Shown: positions 1 through 10,300 of the stretch, one piece after another | Numbering within the stretch: the stretch's first letter is position 1 | Layout of the letters: each line of letters starts with the position of its first letter | Assembly: GCA_964057225.1 (NCBI GenBank) | Contig: CAXKVF010000079.1 | Coordinates: 310,001 to 374,000, forward strand | Reading direction: 5' to 3' | Source of the DNA: Auanema rhodensis | Lineage: Eukaryota > Animalia > Nematoda | Length of the DNA stretch: 64,000 nt | The notes under the pieces: generated by a model | What the model was told of the DNA's origin: nothing | The model's input: the letters and a program-made list of their open reading frames with translations, nothing else | The model's database searches: none | Translations under genes and position numbers: made by a program

Positions 1-7
1 AACTCGC

Positions 8-17
8 TTCACGTGAA
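8..17. promoter_or_regulatory. Perfect 10-bp palindrome TTCACGTGAA with E-box/G-box core CACGTG; second CACGTG at 154-159 and TACGTG at 121-126 in each monomer
   Basis: The motif is seen directly. CACGTG is the established bHLH/bZIP E-box/G-box core. Actual protein binding here is not shown. Confidence 0.4.
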
Positions 18-34
18 AGATAAAGAGATGCGGT

Positions 35-118
35 TTTCAAAATTAGATTCCCCATGTCCATATTAGTCTAAAAACAACTTTTTATTGATATTGGTTCATG
101 GTAACCATGACTTTGAAA
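35..118. repeat. Degenerate inverted repeat A within each monomer (first copy shown), centred on the 4-nt loop at 75-78
   Basis: TTTCAAA (35-41) / TTTGAAA (112-118), CCATG (52-56) / CATGG (97-101) and TAAAAA (69-74) / TTTTTA (79-84) are reverse complements on the same axis (i+j=153). Between them, CCA (58-60) / TGG (92-94) and TATTAG (61-66) / TTGATA (85-90) pair with small bulges and two G.T pairs. Confidence 0.8.
96..110. repeat. 15-bp interrupted palindrome TCATGGT-A-ACCATGA in each monomer (contains BstEII site GGTNACC)
   Basis: The reverse complement of TCATGGT is ACCATGA, with a 1-nt spacer. Confidence 0.95.
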
Positions 119-119
119 T

Positions 120-160
120 TTACGTGAACTTTAATTTATGCTAATTAAATGTACACGTGA
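120..160. repeat. Degenerate inverted repeat B within each monomer (first copy shown)
   Basis: TTACGTGAAC-TTTAATT [TATGCT] AATTAAA-t-GTACACGTGA. The inner 7-bp arms are perfect. The outer 10-bp arms match 8/10 after a 1-nt bulge (T150). Confidence 0.85.
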
Positions 161-880
161 TGTGCACTTGGTATGTAACTCGCTTCACGTGAAAGATAAA
201 GAGATGCAGTTTTCAAAATTAGATTCCCCATGTCCATATTAGTTTAAAAACAAATTTTTATTGATATTGGTGCATGGTAACCATGACTTTGAAATTTACG
301 TGAACTTTAATTTATGCTTATTAAATGTACACGTGATGTGCACTTGGTATGTAACTCGCTTCACGTAAAAGATAAAGAGATGCGGTTTCCAAAATTAGAT
401 TCCCCATGTCCATATTAGTCTAAAAACAAATTTTTATTGATATTGGTTCATGGTAACCATGTCTTTGAAATTTACGTGAACTTTAATTTATGCTAATTAA
501 ATGTACACGTGATGTGCACTTGGTATGTAACTCGCTTCACGTGAAAGATAAAGAGATGCGGTTTTCAAAATTAGATTCCCCATGTCCATATTAGTTTAAA
601 AACAAATTTTTATTGATATTGGTGCATGGTAACCATGACTTTGAAATTTACGTGAACTTTAATTCATGCTAATTAAATGTACACGTGATGTGCACTTGGT
701 ATGTAACTCGCTTCACGTAAAAGATAAAGAGATGCGGTTTTCAAAATTAGATTCCCCATGTCCATATTAGTCTAAAAACAAATTTTTATTGATATTGGTT
801 CATGGTAACCATGTCTTTGAAATTTACGTGAACTTTAATTTATGCTAATTAAATGTACACGTGATGTGCACTTGGTATGT

Positions 881-1936
881 AACTCGCTTCACGTGAAAGA
901 TAAAGAGATGCGGTTTTCAAAATTAGATTCCCCATGTCCATATTAGTCTAAAAACAACTTTTTATTGATATTGGTTCATGGTAACCATGACATTGAAATT
1001 TACGTGAACTTTAATTCATGCTAATTAAATGTACACGTGATGTGCACTTGTTATGTAACTCGCTTCACGTGAAAGATGAAGAGATGCGGTTTTCAAAATT
1101 AGATTCCCCATGTCCATATTAGTCTAAAAACAAATTTTTATTGATATTAGTGCATGGTAACCATGACTTTGAAATTTACGTGAACTTTAATTTATGCTAA
1201 TTAAATGTACACGTGATGTGCACTTGGTATGTAACTCGCTTCACGTGAAAGATAAAGAGATGCGGTTTTCAAAATTAGATTCCCCATGTCCATATTAGTC
1301 TAAAAACAACTTTTTATTGATATTGGTTCATGGTAACCATGACATTGAAATTTACGTGAACTTTAATTCATGCTAATTAAATGTACACGTGATGTGCACT
1401 TGTTATGTAACTCGCTTCACGTGAAAGATGAAGAGATGCGGTTTTCAAAATTAGATTCCCCATGTCCATATTAGTCTAAAAACAAATTTTTATTGATATT
1501 AGTGCATGGTAACCATGACTTTGAAATTTACGTGAACTTTAATTTATGCTAATTAAATGTACACGTGATGTGCACTTGGTATGTAACTCGCTTCACGTGA
1601 AAGATAAAGAGATGCGGTTTTCAAAATTAGATTCCCCATGTCCATATTAGTCTAAAAACAACTTTTTATTGATATTGGTTCATGGTAACCATGACATTGA
1701 AATTTACGTGAACTTTAATTCATGCTAATTAAATGTACACGTGATGTGCACTTGTTATGTAACTCGCTTCACGTGAAAGATGAAGAGATGCGGTTTTCAA
1801 AATTAGATTCCCCATGTCCATATTAGTCTAAAAACAAATTTTTATTGATATTGGTGCATGGTAACCATGACTTTGAAATTTACGTGAACTTTAATTTATG
1901 CTAATTAAATGTACACGTGATGTGCACTTGGTATGT
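881..1936. repeat. Dimeric higher-order repeat, 352 bp x 3
   Basis: Monomers with 78C/112A/137C/171T (starts 881, 1233, 1585) alternate with monomers carrying 22G/96G (1057, 1409, 1761). Confidence 0.9.
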
Positions 1937-2112
1937 AACTCGCTTCACGTGAAAGATAAAGAGATGCGGTTTTCAAAATTAGATTCCCCATGTCCATATT
2001 AGTCTAAAAACAAATTTTTATTGATATTGGTTCATGGTAACCATGACTTTGAAATTTACGTGAACTTTAATTTATGCTAATTAAATGTACACGTGATGTG
2101 CACTTGGTATGT
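1937..2112. repeat. Representative consensus-type 176-bp monomer
   Basis: This copy carries none of the recurrent variants (15A, 32A, 37C, 68T, 78C, 96G, 110T, 112A, 134G, 137C, 160G). GC content is 56/176. Confidence 0.9.
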
Positions 2113-5100
2113 AACTCGCTTCACGTGAAAGATAAAGAGATGCGGTTTTCAAAATTTGATTCCCCATGTCCATATTAGTCTAAAAACAAATTTTTATTGA
2201 TATTGGTTCATGGTAACCATGACTTTGAAATTTACGTGAACTTTAATTTATGCTAATTAAATGTACACGTGATGTGCACTTGGTATGTAACTCGCTTCAC
2301 GTGAAAGATAAAGAGATGCAGTTTTCAAAATTAGATTCCCCATGTCCATATTAGTTTAAAAACAAATTTTTATTGATATTGGTGCATGGTAAACATGACT
2401 TTGAAATTTACGTGAACTTTAATTTATGCTTATTAAATGTACACGTGATGTGCACTTGGTATGTAACTCGCTTCACGTAAAAGATAAAGAGATGCGGTTT
2501 CCAAAATTAGATTCCCCATGTCCATATTAGTCTAAAAACAAATTTTTATTGATATTGGTTCATGGTAACCATGTCTTTGAAATTTACGTGAACTTAAATT
2601 TATGCTAATTAAATGTACACGTGATGTGCACTTGGTATGTAACTCGCTTCACGTGAAAGATAAAGAGATGCGGTTTTTAAAATTAGATTCCCCATGTCCA
2701 TATTAGTTTAAAAACAAATTTTTATTGATATTGGTGCATGGTAACCATGACTTTGAAATTTACGTGAACTTTAATTCATGCTAATTAAATGTACACGTGA
2801 TGTGCACTTGGTATGTAACTCGCTTCACGTAAAAGATAAAGAGATGCGGTTTTCAAAATTAGATTCCCCATGTCCATATTAGTCTAAAAACAAATTTTTA
2901 TTGATATTGGTTCATGGTAACCATGTCTTTGAAATTTACGTGAACTTTAATTTATGCTAATTAAATGTACACGTGATGTGCACTTGGTATGCAACTCGCT
3001 TCACGTGACAGATAAAGAGATGCGGTTTTCAAAATTAGATTCCCCATGTCCATATCAGTCTAAAAACAACTTTTTATTGATATTGGTTCATGGTAACCAT
3101 GACATTGAAATTTACGTGAACTTTAATTCATGCTAATTAAATGTACACGTGATGTGCACTTGGTATGTAACTCGCTTCACGTGAAAGATAAAGAGATGCA
3201 GTTTTCAAAATTAGATTCCCCATGTCCATATTAGTCTAAAAACAAATTTTTATTGATATTGGTTCATGGTAACCATGACTTTGAAATTTACGTGAACTTT
3301 AATTTATGCTAATTAAATGTACACGTGATGTGCACTTGGTATGTAACTCGCTTCACGTGAAAGATAAAGAGATGCGGTTTCCAAAATTAGATTCCCCATG
3401 TCCATATTAGTCTAAAAACGAATTTTTATTGATATTAGTGCATGGTAACCATGACTTTGAAATTTACGTGAACTTTAGTTTATGCTAATTAAATGTACAC
3501 GTGGTGTGCACTTGGTATGTAACTCGCTTCACGTGAAAGATAAAGAGATGCAGTTTTCAAAATTAGATTCCCCATGTCCATATTAGTCTAAAAACAAATT
3601 TTTATTGATATTGGTTCATGGTAACCATGACTTTGAAATTTACGTGAACTTTAATTTATGCTAATTAAATGTACACGTGATGTGCACTTGGTATGTAACT
3701 CGCTTCACGTGAAAGATAAAGAGATGCGGTTTTCAAAATTAGATTCCCCATGTCCATATTAGTCTAAAAACAAATTTTTATTGATATTGGTTCATGGTAA
3801 CCATGACTTTGAAATTTACGTGAACTTTAATTTATGCTAATTAAATGTACACGTGATGTGCACTTGGTATGTAACTCGCTTCACGTGAAAGATAAAGAGA
3901 TGCGGTTTCCAAAATTAGATTCCCCATGTCCATATTAGTCTAAAAACAAATTTTTATTGATATTAGTGCATGGTAACCATGACTTTGAAATTTACGTGAA
4001 CTTTAGTTTATGCTAATTAAATGTACACGTGGTGTGCACTTGGTATGTAACTCGCTTCACGTGAAAGATAAAGAGATGCAGTTTTCAAAATTAGATTCCC
4101 CATGTCCATATTAGTCTAAAAACAAATTTTTATTGATATTGGTTCATGGTAACCATGACTTTGAAATTTACGTGAACTTTAATTTATGCTAATTAAATGT
4201 ACACGTGATGTGCACTTGGTATGTAACTCGCTTCACGTGAAAGATAAAGAGATGCGGTTTTCAAAATTAGATTCCCCATGTCCATATTAGTCTAAAAACA
4301 AATTTTTTTTGATATTGGTTCATGGTAACCATGTCTTTGAAATTTACGTGAACTTTAATTTATGCTAATTAAATGTACACGTGATGTGCACTTGGTATGT
4401 AACTCGCTTCACGTGAAAGATAAAGAGATGCAGTTTTCAAAATTAGATTCCCCATGTCCATATTAGTCTAAAAACAAATTTTTATTGATATTGGTTCATG
4501 GTAACCATGACTTTGAAATTTACGTGAACTTTAATTTATGCTAATTAAATGTACACGTGATGTGCACTTGGTATGTAACTCGCTTCACGTGAAAGATAAA
4601 GAGATGCGGTTTTCAAAATTAGATTCCCCATGTCCATATTAGTCTAAAAACAAATTTTTATTGATATTGGTTCATGGTAACCATGACTTTGAAATTTACG
4701 TGAACTTTAATTTATGCTAATTAAATGTACACGTGATGTGCACTTGGTATGTAACTCGCTTCACGTGAAAGATAAAGAGATGCGGTTTTCAAAATTAGAT
4801 TCCCCATGTCCATATTAGTCTAAAAACAACTTTTTATTGATATTGGTTCATGGTAACCATGACATTGAAATTTACGTGAACTTTAATTCATGCTAATTAA
4901 ATGTACACGTGATGTGCACTTGTTATGTAACTCGCTTCACGTGAAAGATGAAGAGATGCGGTTTTCAAAATTAGATTCCCCATGTCCATATTAGTTTAAA
5001 AACAAATTTTTATTGATATTGGTGCATGGTAACCATGACTTTGAAATTTACGTGAACTTTAATTTATGCTAATTAAATGTACACGTGATGTGCACTTGGT

Positions 5101-7392
5101 ATGTAACTCGCTTCACGTGAAAGATAAAGAGATGCGGTTTTCAAAATTAGATTCCCCATGTCCATATTAGTCTAAAAACAAATTTTTATTGATATTGGTT
5201 CATGGTAACCATGACTTTGAAATTTACGTGAACTTTAATTTATGCTAATTAAATGTACACGTGATGTGCACTTGGTATGTAACTCGCTTCACGTGAAAGA
5301 TAAAGAGATGCGGTTTCCAAAATTAGATTCCCCATGTCCATATTAGTCTAAAAACGAATTTTTATTGATATTAGTGCATGGTAACCATGACTTTGAAATT
5401 TACGTGAACTTTAGTTTATGCTAATTAAATGTACACGTGGTGTGCACTTGGTATGTAACTCGCTTCACGTGAAAGATAAAGAGATGCAGTTTTCAAAATT
5501 AGATTCCCCATGTCCATATTAGTCTAAAAACAAATTTTTATTGATATTGGTTCATGGTAACCATGACTTTGAAATTTACGTGAACTTTAATTTATGCTAA
5601 TTAAATGTACACGTGATGTGCACTTGGTATGTAACTCGCTTCACGTGAAAGATAAAGAGATGCGGTTTTCAAAATTAGATTCCCCATGTCCATATTAGTC
5701 TAAAAACAAATTTTTATTGATATTGGTTCATGGTAACCATGACTTTGAAATTTACGTGAACTTTAATTTATGCTAATTAAATGTACACGTGATGTGCACT
5801 TGGTATGTAACTCGCTTCACGTGAAAGATAAAGAGATGCGGTTTTCAAAATTAGATTCCCCATGTTCATATTAGTCTAAAAACAAATTTTTATTGATATT
5901 GGTTCATGGTAACCATGACATTGAAATTTACGTGAACTTTAATTCATGCTAATTAAATGTACACGTGATGTGCACTTGTTATGTAACTCGCTTCACGTGA
6001 AAGATGAAGAGATGCGGTTTTCAAAATTAGATTCCCCATGTCCATATTAGTTTAAAAACAAATTTTCATTGATATTGGTGCATGGTAACCATGACTTTGA
6101 AATTTACGTGAACTTTAATTTATGCTAATTAAATGTACACGTGATGTGCACTTGGTATGTAACTCGCTTCACGTGAAAGATAAAGAGATGCGGTTTTCAA
6201 AATTAGATTCCCCATGTCCATATTAGTCTAAAAACAAATTTTTATTGATATTGGTTCATGGTAACCATGACTTTGAAATTTACGTGAACTTTAATTTATG
6301 CTAATTAAATGTACACGTGATGTGCACTTGGTATGTAACTCGCTTCACGTGAAAGATAAAGAGATGCGGTTTTCAAAATTAGATTCCCCATGTCCATATT
6401 AGTCTAAAAACAACTTTTTATTGATATTGGTTCATGGTAACCATGACATTGAAATTTACGTGAACTTTAATTCATGCTAATTAAATGTACACGTGATGTG
6501 CACTTGTTATGTAACTCGCTTCACGTGAAAGATGAAGAGATGCGGTTTTCAAAATTAGATTCCCCATGTCCATATTAGTCTAAAAACAAATTTTTATTGA
6601 TATTGGTGCATGGTAACCATGACTTTGAAATTTACGTGAACTTTAATTTATGCTAATTAAATGTACACGTGATGTGCACTTGGTATGTAACTCGCTTCAC
6701 GTGAAAGATAAAGAGATGCGGTTTTCAAAATTAGATTCCCCATGTCCATATTAGTCTAAAAACAAATTTTTATTGATATTGGTTCATGGTAACCATGACT
6801 TTGAAATTTACGTGAACTTTAATTTATGCTAATTAAATGTACACGTGATGTGCACTTGGTATGTAACTCGCTTCACGTGAAAGATAAAGAGATGCGGTTT
6901 CCAAAATTAGATTCCCCATGTCCATATTAGTCTAAAAACGAATTTTTATTGATATTAGTGCATGGTAACCATGACTTTGAAATTTACGTGAACTTTAGTT
7001 TATGCTAATTAAATGTACACGTGGTGTGCACTTGGTATGTAACTCGCTTCACGTGAAAGATAAAGAGATGCAGTTTTCAAAATTAGATTCCCCATGTCCA
7101 TATTAGTCTAAAAACAAATTTTTATTGATATTGGTTCATGGTAACCATGACTTTGAAATTTACGTGAACTTTAATTTATGCTAATTAAATGTACACGTGA
7201 TGTGCACTTGGTATGTAACTCGCTTCACGTGAAAGATAAAGAGATGCGGTTTCCAAAATTAGATTCCCCATGTCCATATTAGTCTAAAAACGAATTTTTA
7301 TTGATATTGGTTCATGGTAACCATGACTTTGAAATTTACGTGAACTTTAATTTATGCTAATTAAATGTACACGTGATGTGCACTTGGTATGT

Positions 7393-10300
7393 AACTCGCT
7401 TCACGTGAAAGATAAAGAGATGCGGTTTCCAAAATTAGATTCCCCATGTCCATATTAGTCTAAAAACGAATTTTTATTGATATTGGTGCATGGTAACCAT
7501 GACTTTGAAATTTACGTGAACTTTAGTTTATGCTAATTAAATGTACACGTGGTGTGCACTTGGTATGTAACTCGCTTCACGTGAAAGATAAAGAGATGCA
7601 GTTTTCAAAATTAGATTCCCCATGTCCATATTAGTCTAAAAACAAATTTTTATTGATATTGGTTCATGGTAACCATGACTTTGAAATTTACGTGAACTTT
7701 AATTTATGCTAATTAAATGTACACGTGATGTGCCCTTGGTATGTAACTCGCTTCACGTGAAAGATAAAGAGATGCGGTTTTCAAAATTAGATTCCCCATG
7801 TCCATATTAGTCTAAAAACAAATTTTTATTGATATTGGTTCATGGTAACCATGACTTTGAAATTTACGTGAACTTTAATTTATGCTAATTAAATGTACAC
7901 GTGATGTGCACTTGGTATGTAACTCGCTTCACGTGAAAGATAAAGAGATGCGGTTTTCAAAATTAGATTCCCCATGTCCATATTAGTCTAAAAACAAATT
8001 TTTATTGATATTGGTTCATGGTAACCATGACTTTGAAATTTACGTGAACTTTAATTTATGCTAATTAAATGTACACGTGATGAACACTTGGTATGTAACT
8101 CGCTTCACGTGAAAGATAAAGAGATGCGGTTTTCAAAATTAGATTCCCCATGTCCATATTAGTTTAAAAACAAATTTTTATTGATATTGGTGCATGGTAA
8201 CCATGACTTTGAAATTTACGTGAACTTTAATTTATGCTAATTAAATGTACACGTGATGTGCACTTGGTATGTAACTCGCTTCACGTGAAAGATAAAGAGA
8301 TGCGGTTTTCAAAATTAGATTCCCCATGCCCATATTAGTCTAAAAACAAATTTTTATTGATATTGGTTCATGGTAACCATGACTTTGAAATTTACGTGAA
8401 CTTTAATTTATGCTAATTAAATGTACACGTGGTGTGCACTTGGTATGTAACTCGCTTCACGTGAAAGATAAAGAGATGCGGTTTTCAAAATTAGATTCCC
8501 CATGTCCATATTAGTCTAAAAACAAATTTTTATTGATATTGGTGCATGGTAACCATGACTTTGAAATTTACGTTAACTTTAATTTATGCTAATTAAATGT
8601 ACACGTGATGTGCACTTGGTATGTAACTCGCTTCACGTAAAAGATAAAGAGATGCGGTTTTCAAAATTATATTCCCCATGTCCATATTAGTTTAAAAACA
8701 AATTTTTATTGATATTGGTGCATGGTAACCATGACTTTGAAATTTACGTGAACTTTAATTTATGCTAATTAAATGTACACGTGATGTGCACTTGGTATGT
8801 AACTCGCTTCACGTGAAAGATAAAGAGATGCAGTTTTCAAAATTAGATTCCCCATGTCCATATTAGTCTACAAACAAATTTTTATTGATATTGGTGCATG
8901 GTAACCATGACTTTGAAATTTACGTGAACTTTAATTTATGCTAATTAAATGTACACGTGATGTGCACTTGGTATGTAACTCGCTTCACGTGAAAGATAAA
9001 GAGATGCGGTTTTCAAAATTAGATTCCCCATGTCCATATTAGTCTAAAAACAAATTTTTATTGATATTGGTTCATGGTAACCATGACTTTGAAATTTACG
9101 TGAACTTTAATTTATGCTAATTAAATGTACACGTGATGTGCACTTGGTATGTAACTCGCTTCACGTGAAAGATAAAGAGATGCGGTTTTCAAAATTAGAT
9201 TCCCCATGTCCATATTAGTTTAAAAACAAATTTTTATTGATATTGGTGCATGGTAACCATGACTTTGAAATTTACGTGAACTTTAATTTATGCTTATTAA
9301 ATGTACACGTGATGTGCACTTGGTATGTAACTCGCTTCACGTAAAAGATAAAGAGATGCGGTTTCCAAAATTAGATTCCCCATGTCCATATTAGTCTAAA
9401 AACAAATTTTTATTGATATTGGTTCATGGTAACCATGTCTTTGAAATTTACGTGAACTTTAATTTATGCTAATTAAATGTACACGTGATGTGCACTTGGT
9501 ATGTAACTCGCTTCACGTGAAAGATAAAGAGATGCGGTTTTCAAAATTAGATTCCCCATGTCCATATTAGTTTAAAAACAAATTTTTATTGATATTGGTG
9601 CATGGTAACCATGACTTTGAAATTTACGTGAACTTTAATTCATGCTAATTAAATGTACACGTGATGTGCACTTGGTATGTAACTCGCTTCACGTAAAAGA
9701 TAAAGAGATGCGGTTTTCAAAATTAGATTCCCCATGTCCATATTAGTCTAAAAACAAATTTTTATTGATATTGGTTCATGGTAACCATGTCTTTGAAATT
9801 TACGTGAACTTTAATTTATGCTAATTAAATGTACACGTGATGTGCACTTGGTATGTAACTCGCTTCACGTGAAAGATAAAGAGATGCGGTTTTCAAAATT
9901 AGATTCCCCATGTCCATATTAGTCTAAAAACAAATTTTTATTGATATTGGTTCATGGTAACCATGACATTGAAATTTACGTGAACTTTAATTCATGCTAA
10001 TTAATAGTACACGTGATGTGCACTTGTTATGTAACTCGCTTCACGTGAAAGATGAAGAGATGCGGTTTTCAAAATTAGATTCCCCATGTCCATATTAGTC
10101 TAAAAACAAATTTTTATTGATATTGGTGCATGGTAACCATGACTTTGAAATTTACGTGAACTTTAATTTATGCTAATTAAATGTACACGTGATGTGCACT
10201 TGGTATGTAACTCGCTTCACGTGAAAGATAAAGAGATGCGGTTTTCAAAATTAGATTCCCCATGTCCATATTAGTCTAAAAACAATTTTTTATTGATATT

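Noticed and set aside
69-84. Rho-independent terminator-like hairpin with T-run
   Set aside because: The stem is pure A/T, the T-run is part of the stem, and there is no upstream gene.
34-149. Phased A-tract curvature
   Set aside because: A/T tracts exist (34-42, 70-83, 112-121, 130-149), but by eye they do not form a sustained 10-11-bp series. This would need a curvature calculation.
1-176. Identity with known ~171-178-bp satellites (Brassica CentBr, Arabidopsis CEN178, honeybee AluI, primate alpha satellite)
   Set aside because: Only the length is similar. The consensus has no AGCT, so no AluI or HindIII site, and I recognise no sequence similarity. A database search is still needed.
1-176. 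CENP-B box
   Set aside because: No TTCG-N4-A-N2-CGGG pattern on either strand; neither CGGG nor CCCG occurs in the consensus.
2954-3136. 60-aa ORF MLIKCTRDVHLV...
   Set aside because: Every monomer has the same 34-codon frame ending at TAG (64-66). Here a single TAG>CAG change reads through. The 176-bp period is not a multiple of 3 and there is no gene context.
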